Below, in pieces: positions 10,701-18,560 of a stretch of 64,000 nt of DNA. The notes beneath the pieces were generated by a model. The model saw only the letters and a list, made by a program, of their open reading frames with translations, did not search any database and was not told where the DNA came from. The stretch spans positions 576,001 through 640,000 of the forward strand of contig CAWDOD010000011.1 in NCBI GenBank assembly GCA_963803805.1. The letters are read 5' to 3'. The stretch comes from an uncultured cyanobacterium. GTDB lineage: Bacteria > Cyanobacteriota > Cyanobacteriia > Cyanobacteriales > CAWCAG01. Positions within the stretch are counted from its first letter, which is position 1. Each line of letters begins with the position of its first letter. The position numbers were made by a program, and so were the translations under genes.

Positions 10701-11089
10701 ATTGTTTCTTCTTGTGAAAGTGTTTCTACAGGTCTGTTACTGAAACCTACAGAACCAGAAGCAACATCGGTAATTGCCCGCATTCCTAATTTAATAAAGA
10801 GTTCCCGAACCCGCCGGGGAATATCATCGGCAGGAAAATTTAGCCCGACTAAAGAAGGTAAGCGATCGCTATCTCTCGATTCAGCAATAACTTTACCACT
10901 ACTATCTTGATTGAAACGATAGACCATTACTCTATCTGTTTTAAGGACGTGACGAACTTCTGCCACCGTCGCTTCCAAAATTTCTGATAGCTCTAAAGAT
11001 TGCCGAATATGCCGAGTAACTTGTTGAAATAAGGCTACTTTTTTTGTTTGTGCTAACTCAGATTTCACTCTGTCATTTGTTAAATACAT
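7769..11089 (-). CDS. Multi-GAF photosensor histidine kinase (knotless phytochrome GAF-PHY plus two cyanobacteriochrome-type GAFs)
   Basis: GAF1 FPADDIP and DACHLEYL; PHY tongue PRLSF; GAF4 DECF and SNCHL; H-box AHEINNP; KGTGLGL. Confidence 0.9.
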   Translation of the reverse strand: MYLTNDRVKSELAQTKKVALFQQVTRHIRQSLELSEILEATVAEVRHVLKTDRVMVYRFNQDSSGKVIAESRDSDRLPSLVGLNFPADDIPRRVRELFIKLGMRAITDVASGSVGFSNRPVETLSQEETIIYRQVDACHLEYLRAMGVQSSVVLPLQINKTVGEEKQYLWGLLISHHSQAREINPSELEVLQWVADQVTMAIAESSLLATTREQAKREATINCISTLLHSLPTMEIEEAIEETVIALKGSGGRVYIVASGQNSISQVHTWGSQPQTLIHHQPNIPLEEHPVWQSFLSQQIQRENPEPVTIVDLYKDPKLRVLSQAFTSTQIRGLLTIPLYYRTTFFGSLTVFRDEIDTETLWAGRFDPNQKQALPRLSFEAWRELKKGQAQEWTTEDRLLAQALSNPFATAIQQSKLYQQIQSLNSNLEQQVRERTAQLQKSLNLQDALKRVTNQIRSTLDVRTTLEILVREVRTLLHTDRVVIYQLNDELQVEVIAEEVDQNWPSALGSKVPQEFFDCEAGYFHSNRGRVRAMNDVSQEELKPQHQEFLQSLEVKANLVVPVQTGDLLWGLLIAHECNGTRVWQDTEINLLQQLADQAAVAINQGELYQQSLIAAQASKEKARQLKKAAERRQSLFRVVSKIRESLDLETIFQTATKEVRALLETDRVAVFRFGDLGWQEGKFVSEDVKAGFSSVLAIQVRDECFAEQYAQEYKDGRYHAVADINDAALSNCHLQILEQFQVRANLALPLLKGDRLWGLLCIHQCQQVREWQDSEIKFAQQIATHLGVALQQSSLLFQAQQQTEKLAKALEDLRQAQAHIIQSEKMSSLGQLVAGVAHEINNPVNFIYGNLNHLKSYSCDLLKLLHLYKMAYPQPTYQIAAQIEAIDLDFLERDLPKIIDSLKVGAERIRQMVLSLRNFSHHDKAERKKVDLHEGIDSTLLILQHRLKAKPNYPCIDIIKDYGKLPEIDCYAGQLNQVFMNILSNAIDAIEEAVQAGKMGTDKGQITITTKLAQPKELEESCQAVIEISDNGMGMAESILNSIFDPFFTTKAIGKGTGLGLAISYQIIIEKHGGNLLCHSQVAQGTTFEIRIPIQESLAETSVKS

Positions 11090-11257
11090 TTTTATTTACC
11101 CAAGGGATAAATAGGGAACTACTATCGATCTCCGTATTTACTCTTATATTCTGATTTTTTTGCCTAGTTTCAGGACTTCTAAGTAGCACACCAAAAAATA
11201 CTTCTAATTGTAGGAGATCGCAATCATTTTGCCTCGAACTTTTACTATTTTTTTATA

Positions 11258-11336
11258 ATAGGGATCACTATTATATCAGATTGTTCAAAATACTGGTTTC
11301 TATCCCCTGAAAGTATCTAATAACAGTGATCCCTAT
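11258..11336. mobile_element. 79-bp MITE-like element with 17-bp terminal inverted repeats
   Basis: ATAGGGATCACTATTAT at 11258 versus reverse complement ATAGGGATCACTGTTAT ending 11336 (16/17 match). Confidence 0.5.
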
Positions 11337-11523
11337 ACTTATCCTTCTATATTCTTTATCAATAAATATTCCCCATTTGCAGGTAATATAAACTGTTTTT
11401 ACTACTTATTTTTAGAGCTAAATTTCCTATCCAAAAAAGCAATTATACCTACGAAGAAAGGTATGTGGAGATAATAAGTAATAAGTAACAATACTATTAC
11501 CTATTACCTATCAGCAATAGCCG

Positions 11524-12873
11524 TTAGCCGTTATCCAGTAACAATTTATGCCAACTTTCTTCACCAAAAATTCCTTCATCAGGCAAACCATGTTCCTTTT
11601 GGAACTTGCTTACCACCTCACCGGTTCTTTGGTTATACTCGCCGTCAGGCTCCATACCTAAGCGGTATTGGACATATTGTACTGCTGCACCGTCGGCATG
11701 ATTAACACGCAGTCTTGGCTGTTCTAACACAGCTTCTAGGGCTTCCCAAGTTGCTGCACCCGCGGCTTTAAAATCTCCTAGCCCCATGATTTCATTAAAT
11801 TGGCAAATAGCATATTCGGTGGTAGAATCTAACACACCATCTTCTGGTAGAGATTTACCTTGCTGATCCTTGATTTGCAGCTTATTGAGAGATTTTTGTA
11901 GTTGCAAAATAGTTTCATCGACTTCAGAGGTACTTTGGAAATTGGCAAGGGTAACTTCTGATTGTTCAGAAGAGGTTGGCAAATTAGCTAAACTCACTTC
12001 TTGCTCTACATTTGGCACTAATTCTGCGACGATAAATTCCTCTGCTTCGAGATTCAAGCTACTGCTACTAACTGCTGTAGAGTTTTGACCGGTTAACCCC
12101 CTAACAATGGCATTAGCCATAGCTTCAGCATTAAAAATATTCATATCTTGCCGAGAATCGAGGAAACAGCATTCAATCAGGATGGCTGGCATATTAGTAT
12201 TTTTCAACACATATAAATGGGAGCCGTTTTTCACCCTGCGGTTGACAAAACCTAGACTAACAATGTTATTTAAAACAGGTTGAGCAATTCTTCTGGCTGC
12301 ATCGCTAACAGCAAAAACTTCCGTACCGTTAGCTCTACCATTAAAGGCATTAAAATGGATAGAAACATAGTAATTCACTTTTTGGGCATTAGCCGTTTGT
12401 ACTCTCCTCCTCAAAGAGTCAATAACGCTGTAAGCTCTTGAAGGAGTGCAACTAATAGCGGTGTGACCAAGATTCCTTAACTTACTAATAACCCGATAAC
12501 CAACTTCTCTAGTTAAAGTATCTTCAACAGCAATTCCCCTCGCCCCTGTATCGGGAGGGGCATTATGACCCATATCAATACCAAATTTCAGTCTGGATGC
12601 TTGAGGCTTAATAGTTGCTGCATTAGCCGTTAAAGGTTTGCCATCCCGCCATATTTCTACGTGGCCACTATAGGCATACCAAGTATTTAAACCGTTAAAA
12701 CTTGTTTCTGCTAAAGCTACCTTAATATGACTTCCTTCCTTTTTCCAACTATGTAAAACTAGTTCCGCACCGCCATTGATGTTGTACTTAAGCTTAGGAT
12801 CTTTGATCTGGCTGCTATCAACGGGTTGTTGTTTGAGAATAGTATCAACAAGAATTTTGAGAGTATAAACCAT
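11524..12873 (-). CDS. N-acetylmuramoyl-L-alanine amidase (Amidase_3) with N-terminal accessory domain and C-terminal peptidoglycan-binding repeats
   Basis: IDMGH...ED, VSIHFNA, AILIECCF zinc/catalytic motifs; PG-binding-like C-terminus. Confidence 0.9.
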   Translation of the reverse strand: MVYTLKILVDTILKQQPVDSSQIKDPKLKYNINGGAELVLHSWKKEGSHIKVALAETSFNGLNTWYAYSGHVEIWRDGKPLTANAATIKPQASRLKFGIDMGHNAPPDTGARGIAVEDTLTREVGYRVISKLRNLGHTAISCTPSRAYSVIDSLRRRVQTANAQKVNYYVSIHFNAFNGRANGTEVFAVSDAARRIAQPVLNNIVSLGFVNRRVKNGSHLYVLKNTNMPAILIECCFLDSRQDMNIFNAEAMANAIVRGLTGQNSTAVSSSSLNLEAEEFIVAELVPNVEQEVSLANLPTSSEQSEVTLANFQSTSEVDETILQLQKSLNKLQIKDQQGKSLPEDGVLDSTTEYAICQFNEIMGLGDFKAAGAATWEALEAVLEQPRLRVNHADGAAVQYVQYRLGMEPDGEYNQRTGEVVSKFQKEHGLPDEGIFGEESWHKLLLDNG

Positions 12874-12959
12874 TTTTCAAATTATCAATTATAAAACGGG
12901 GAGTAGGTAGCAGAGTAAGTCATATATTTATTATTGCCTTTGATTTATTGCCTAGCAGC

Positions 12960-14174
12960 TTAACCAATTAACTTACCCCAACTTTCTGCCCCCAAAATGC
13001 CATCTGCGGTTATTTTTAGCTTTTGTTGAAAAGTCTCTACCGCTTTAGCTGTTCCTGAACCATAGATTCCATCTATATCAGCCCCAACTCGATATTGAAC
13101 GTAGCGTACTACTGCACCTTGGGCGTGATTTTCCCAGAGGACAGGTTTGATAAAAACCGCTTCAATGGCATCCCAAGTAGCTAAACTGGCATTATCAGAA
13201 TTACCTAAACCCATGATGCTATTAAACCTAGCTGTAGCAGATTCTGTTGCTGGGCCAGTAAAGCCATCTTCTGCTAAAGATTTACCATTGCGATCGCGAA
13301 TTTGTAAGCGATTGAGGGCTTTTTGTAGCTTGAGGATACTAGGATTAGGTTTAGTTCCACCACCACCGGAACCACCACTAGTTACAGGGTTTTGCCCCGT
13401 TAGACCTTTGACAATAGCATTAGCCATAGCTTCGGCGTTATAAAGATTCATATCTTTTTGAGAATCTACAAAGCAACCTTCAACAAGAATGGCTGGCATA
13501 TTGGTACTTCTTACTACATATAAATGGGAGCCATTTTTCACCCCACGATTTACAAAACCCAAGCTAACAATATTGTCTAAAACAGGTTGGGCAATTCTTC
13601 TGGCTGTATCGCTAACAGCAAACACTTCTGTACCATTGGCCCTACCATTGAAAGCGTTGAAATGTATAGACACATAGTATTGTACGTTTTGAGCATTAGC
13701 TGTACCAACGCGGCGGCGCAGAGAGTCTGAAACACTGTAGGCACTTGAGGGGGTGCAGTTTATGGCAATGTGACCAAGATCTCTTAACTTACTAATAACC
13801 CGATTGCCCACATCTCTAGTCATAGTATCTTCAAAGCCAAAACCCCTGGCCCCTGTATCAGGGGGGGCATTATGACCCATATCAATACCGAATTTTAATT
13901 TGGAAGCAAGGGTTGTAACTTGTTGCTGTTCTAAGGGCAAACCATCTTGCCAAATTTCTACGTGGCCACTATAGGCATACCAAGTATTTAAGCCATTAAA
14001 GCTTGTTTCAGCAAAAGCGGCTTTGATATGATTTCCTTCTTGTTTCCAACTTTGTAAGACTAATTCCGCCCCTTCTGTTATTTCGTATTTCTGTCTGGGG
14101 TCGCTAATTAAGCCACTATCAATAGGTTGTTGTTTGAGAACGGTATCTGCGAGTATTTTTAAGCTATAAACCAT
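12960..14174 (-). CDS. N-acetylmuramoyl-L-alanine amidase (Amidase_3), tandem paralog 2
   Basis: Same motifs; C-terminal DGIYG and ADGILG PG-binding repeats. Confidence 0.92.
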   Translation of the reverse strand: MVYSLKILADTVLKQQPIDSGLISDPRQKYEITEGAELVLQSWKQEGNHIKAAFAETSFNGLNTWYAYSGHVEIWQDGLPLEQQQVTTLASKLKFGIDMGHNAPPDTGARGFGFEDTMTRDVGNRVISKLRDLGHIAINCTPSSAYSVSDSLRRRVGTANAQNVQYYVSIHFNAFNGRANGTEVFAVSDTARRIAQPVLDNIVSLGFVNRGVKNGSHLYVVRSTNMPAILVEGCFVDSQKDMNLYNAEAMANAIVKGLTGQNPVTSGGSGGGGTKPNPSILKLQKALNRLQIRDRNGKSLAEDGFTGPATESATARFNSIMGLGNSDNASLATWDAIEAVFIKPVLWENHAQGAVVRYVQYRVGADIDGIYGSGTAKAVETFQQKLKITADGILGAESWGKLIG

Positions 14175-14259
14175 TTTTCAAATATCAATTATCAATGACC
14201 AGTTATAAATTTAGGAGCAACCTACTTTTAGATTAAGTTGCCCCTATACTTCTTTTAGA

Positions 14260-15213
14260 TTAGCCGATTAGTTGCTGCCAGCTTTGGGGTCCGATGATAC
14301 CATCGGCGGTTAAACCTTGGGACTGTTGATATTTTTCCACTGCCTTAGCCGTAGCGGGTCCATAAATACCGTCAATTTCCATGCCGATAATGTACTGAAT
14401 ATATTTGACGGCCAAACCGTCGGCATGGTTCATGCGGAGTATAGGTTGAGCGAAAATACTTTTAATAGCATTCCAAGTTGCTACACCCGCAGCACTGGAA
14501 TTACTAATACCCAAGGCAATATTAAATTTTTTAATAGCGGCTTCTGTGGCAGTATTCAAAAAACCATTTTCTTCTAAAAGTTGTTCTTGGTCATCGCTGA
14601 ATTTCAAGCTATTGAGGGATTTTTGTAGTTCTAATAAACGAGGATCAGCATGAGGAGTTGCTTCAGCTTCTTCTTTGCTATTGGTGGGGGAACTTTTTTG
14701 AGGATCTTGTCCGGTTAAACCTCTAACGATGGCATTAGCCATTGATTCCGCTTCAAAAATATTCATATCTTTTTGGGAATCAATAAAACAACACTCCACT
14801 AAAATTCCAGGCATATGAGTATTTCTAACCACATATAAATGGGAACCATCCTTAACTTTGCGGTCAAAAAAACCTAAGTTGACAATATTATCTAAAACAG
14901 GTTGAGCAATTCTTTTACCTGATTCACTAACAGCAAAAACCTCCGTCCCATTGGCTTTACCGTTGAAGGCATTAAAATGAAGGGAAACGTAAAAATCTAC
15001 ATCTTGAGAATTAGCTGTTTGTACCCTCTTTCTTAAAGATTCTCCTACACTAGAAGCGCGTTTGGGGGTACAGTTAACTGTTTTGTGACCAAGTTTAGTT
15101 AACTTTTCAATAACTCTTTGACCAACATCCTTAGTAAGATTATCTTCAAAAGCAATACCGCTTGCTCCTGTATCAGGAGGAGCATTGTGTCCCATATCTA
15201 TACCAAATTTCAT
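14260..15213 (-). CDS. N-acetylmuramoyl-L-alanine amidase (Amidase_3), tandem paralog lacking the N-terminal domain
   Basis: MKFGIDMGHN start at ATG 15213 preceded by AAGGA; ORF track extends to 15258. Confidence 0.9.
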   Translation of the reverse strand: MKFGIDMGHNAPPDTGASGIAFEDNLTKDVGQRVIEKLTKLGHKTVNCTPKRASSVGESLRKRVQTANSQDVDFYVSLHFNAFNGKANGTEVFAVSESGKRIAQPVLDNIVNLGFFDRKVKDGSHLYVVRNTHMPGILVECCFIDSQKDMNIFEAESMANAIVRGLTGQDPQKSSPTNSKEEAEATPHADPRLLELQKSLNSLKFSDDQEQLLEENGFLNTATEAAIKKFNIALGISNSSAAGVATWNAIKSIFAQPILRMNHADGLAVKYIQYIIGMEIDGIYGPATAKAVEKYQQSQGLTADGIIGPQSWQQLIG

Positions 15214-15323
15214 GGTTATTCCTTTCTTGAAAAAGTAGATGCACTCTTGCTCTCCCAAGATAGATCATTTTTAGTTATTGGTCATGCTGACCGCCCCCTG
15301 CTCCCTACTCCCTTATCCCAATG

Positions 15324-15872
15324 TTATTGTTGTTGCAAGCGAAGCATTTCACTTTGAATACGCTTTTTTAACTGAGGATCTGCTTGGGCGCTGTTGGTAA
15401 TAGCATTAAAAAGACTTATTTCTAGACCGCTGTTGATCACAATTTGCTTAGAGCTATCACAGTAATTTTCAGCTATTTCCCTGACTTCTCTAGATAGTTT
15501 ACGTAGAGATTGATTACAAGCAATGTTCGGTATAGGTTGACCACTACCAATAATTTCTTTAATCTCTCTATATGCCTGTTGGCGGCGGGCTTCCATACCC
15601 AAAACAGCCCTGGCATAGCTTCTTAATTGGGCATTGGTATAGCTGTCTGCGTAGGCACTGGAACTAAAGCTTGCTCCTTGATTAGTGATACTAGGTACAA
15701 CACCTAGGCTTACTCCTGTAATAGCTAAGGCTGCAACAGCTAAAATACGGATACTTTTGTTTAACTTTAAAGATAAATTTAAGGGCATAAACATATTAAA
15801 GGGAAAGGAAATAAGTGAAGACTGGTTTTTCAACCACTCAGATATATAAATATTTGAACCATTCTCGGTCAA
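15324..15872 (-). CDS. Secreted DUF4168-like protein (true start probably downstream, near 15790)
   Basis: Signal-like hydrophobic stretch; YARAVLGME...NYC...FNAIT...RIQSE pattern. Confidence 0.7.
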   Translation of the reverse strand: MTENGSNIYISEWLKNQSSLISFPFNMFMPLNLSLKLNKSIRILAVAALAITGVSLGVVPSITNQGASFSSSAYADSYTNAQLRSYARAVLGMEARRQQAYREIKEIIGSGQPIPNIACNQSLRKLSREVREIAENYCDSSKQIVINSGLEISLFNAITNSAQADPQLKKRIQSEMLRLQQQ

Positions 15873-15911
15873 CTATGTTCCTGGTACATCTATCTAAGGG
15901 TTATCAAGTAA

Positions 15912-16892
15912 TTATTGGCAAAGCTGACAAAGTTTGATGACTTGGGTTTGTAAGGTAGGTAAGGGGCTTGCTCCTTTTTTTAAATTTACCTCTAACTCTA
16001 ATAAAGCAGGTAAAGTGGCTAATAATTTTTGTCCAGAAAGATGGCTAACTTCTTGACGCAGAAAGTAAATTCTTTTGGGGTTATGAATTTCTGCTGCAGT
16101 TGCGATCGCCTTTTCATCTCGTTCGCCTTTTTCCAGCATCAGTTTAATGATTAACCAAGTGCGAAATTGTTTGGTGAGGGTGGCAATAATCCTCAAAGGG
16201 TGTTCATCACGATTAATTAACTCAGTTACTAGCTTTAAAGCCAGGGTTTGATTCCCTTTCCTAATGGCATTAGCTAACTCTAGGCTACTTTGGGTATGGG
16301 AGGTGATCAGATTGGCCACTATATTTAGCGCCAATGCCTGGGGCTGAGATTCCCCATAAAGTTGCAATTTATTTAATTCCTGTTCTAAAAGTCTAGTATT
16401 ATTACCCACCGCCTCAGCTAAAAATTCCTTTGCTTCAGGAGTTAAGTTAACGCCATATTCTCCACAAAATCGTTTAACTTGATACAGAATCTCTTCTGTT
16501 TTCCAAGGAGGGATGGTAGGAAATTCTGCAATTTCTCCATACTTTTTCAATAGTTTAGTAACTTTGCCCCTACCGTCAGGCTTTTTGCTACTAGTTAGCA
16601 GTAAGTGAGAATTCTCAGGAAGTTGAGGTAAAGTTCTTGCCAATTCAGCTAGTAATGTTTCTGAACAATGCTGCCCTAAATTAGTATCAGCCACCCAAAC
16701 TAAACGCCCCCCCATACCAAAAGCGGGGGTTAAAGCTTGATTAAGCCCTTCTACTGTTGCTTGAGCATTATCTTCCGGTATCTTTGTATAGTTGAACTGA
16801 CTCCAATTAGGATCAAGGACTTTTTGCCGCAGTTTCTCAACGGCTTTGCCCATCATGTAGTCATCTTCTCCCCAAAAAAAGTAAAGTGGCAT
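15912..16892 (-). CDS. holA: DNA polymerase III subunit delta
   Basis: MPLYFFWGED, TPAFGMGGRLV, ELNKL motifs typical of cyanobacterial HolA. Confidence 0.92.
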   Translation of the reverse strand: MPLYFFWGEDDYMMGKAVEKLRQKVLDPNWSQFNYTKIPEDNAQATVEGLNQALTPAFGMGGRLVWVADTNLGQHCSETLLAELARTLPQLPENSHLLLTSSKKPDGRGKVTKLLKKYGEIAEFPTIPPWKTEEILYQVKRFCGEYGVNLTPEAKEFLAEAVGNNTRLLEQELNKLQLYGESQPQALALNIVANLITSHTQSSLELANAIRKGNQTLALKLVTELINRDEHPLRIIATLTKQFRTWLIIKLMLEKGERDEKAIATAAEIHNPKRIYFLRQEVSHLSGQKLLATLPALLELEVNLKKGASPLPTLQTQVIKLCQLCQ

Positions 16893-17082
16893 GGGTTTAA
16901 GTCAATCATCCATTGGCGTAAGCCTTCTCACTTATAGTAAGCCAAAAGCTAAGACCATTTTTCATTTCTAATTTCTAATTTACACTGCTCCCTTAATTAA
17001 AATTAAGTGCGGCTTTAGCAAATTTTGTCTATCTTAGTTCTTAGATGAAAATATATATTTTGCTGGGGGAGGCAATTCAAGA

Positions 17083-17856
17083 TTGGACGAAACATATCAA
17101 ACTTATCTTAACCGTGTAGCAAAGTTAACTAGACCTGCTAGTCAACGTTCTCAACTGGAGAATATGCAACAGTCTCCTAAATTCAAAGAGGGCAAGGTAC
17201 AGCCTTTTCCTGGTTATAGCATTGTTAACCTTCCTGCTGCTGAAGATTCAGAAAACACAGCTTTCTATAATCTGTTGAAATCTTACCAACAGCAGTTAGT
17301 AGATAAACTCCCTGAAGGGTTAGTTGTCCCTGTCCCACCAGAAAGTTTTCATCTTACTCTAGCTGATTTAATTTGGGAAAGTAGCTTTCGAGATGCTTTA
17401 GCACAGAATGAAGCTTTTGAGAGTCGCTTAACCAGTTCTATAGCAGCTAGCTTTGAGCAGTACAAACAGGCTGAGTTTGAGAGTAAACCGCTATGCTGGC
17501 AGTTGTTAGGTTTAGCAATTAGACCTAGGGCAATTTTTGTGGCCTTAGTTCCCCAAGATGAAGCCACCTATCGTCGTGTCCTCGCTTTACGCCGTTCTGT
17601 TTACCAAAATTCTCAATTGATTGGTTTGGGTATTGAACAGCAATATTTATTTACTGCCCATATTACTTTGGGCTACTTTGGTAAAATAGCCCCTGGCTTA
17701 GATCGAGAAAAGTTAGCTGCTACTTTGGCTAGTTTAGATGAACAATGGCTGGAGAGTGAGTTGCCAACTTTGGCTGTTAAACAGTTGCAGTTACGTAAGT
17801 ATGATGATATGACGCGCTTCTATCGAGAAGAGGATTTTCCTGTTTTAGAATTTTGA
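17083..17856 (+). CDS. DUF1868-like 2H phosphoesterase-fold protein
   Basis: Two HxT motifs (FHLTLA, AHITLG) and N-terminal PFPGY. Confidence 0.75.
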   Translation: MDETYQTYLNRVAKLTRPASQRSQLENMQQSPKFKEGKVQPFPGYSIVNLPAAEDSENTAFYNLLKSYQQQLVDKLPEGLVVPVPPESFHLTLADLIWESSFRDALAQNEAFESRLTSSIAASFEQYKQAEFESKPLCWQLLGLAIRPRAIFVALVPQDEATYRRVLALRRSVYQNSQLIGLGIEQQYLFTAHITLGYFGKIAPGLDREKLAATLASLDEQWLESELPTLAVKQLQLRKYDDMTRFYREEDFPVLEF

Positions 17857-18478
17857 AACCTCTTAATCATCCTATTTTAGAAGAAAGTTTCGCCATCATC
17901 GACCAAGAAATTGGCCCCATAACTTCACCCCTGCTGAGTATGCGATCGCCCGGCGAGTTATTCACGCCACAGCAGATTTTGAGTTTGCTCAGTTGCTACA
18001 ATTTAGTGCTGGTGCGATCGCCTCTGGAATTGCCTCTATGGCTAACCAGGTTCCCATTGTCACCGATGTTTCTATGGTGAAACAGGGTATTGCAGGTATG
18101 GTTGCCAAAACCTATGGTAATCCAGTTATCAGTGCCATAGAAAAGGCTGAGGTGGCAAATCCCGGAAAGACAAGGACAGAAACTGGTTTAGAAAAATGCT
18201 GGCAAAAATATCCCCAAGCCATTTATGTTATTGGTAATGCACCCACAGCTTTATTAGCTCTTTGTAATTTAATAGCGAAAGCAGAGGTAAAGCCAGCTTT
18301 AGTTATTGGTGTTCCTGTGGGTTTTGTTTCTGTAGTTGAAGCTAAACAAGCTTTGGTAAACACTAATGTAGAACAAATTTTAGTTGCCGGGCGTAAAGGA
18401 GGTTCCCCCACAGCTTCAGCAATAGTTAATGCTTTGTTGGTTTTGGCTTGGGAAAACCATGCAAACGGGTCTTCCTAG
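17853..18478 (+). pseudogene. cobH: Precorrin-8X methylmutase, split by a single-base frameshift near 17918 (pseudogene or sequencing error)
   Basis: SFAIIDQE in one frame; RRVIHATADFE, GNAPTAL, GVPVGFV, GRKGGS in the next. Adding one C to ggccccat restores GPHNFTPAEYAIARR. Confidence 0.85.
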
Positions 18479-18535
18479 AGGCGGGTTTTTGTACTTATTG
18501 GTGATTATCTAAAATCTCGATAAGCCCGCCCTTAC
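18476..18535. repeat. REP-like imperfect palindrome between convergent genes
   Basis: TAGAGGCGGGTTT...AAGCCCGCCCTTAC arms around an AT-rich loop. Confidence 0.55.
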
Positions 18536-18560
18536 ATTGATTATCCAAACTGATCATTGT

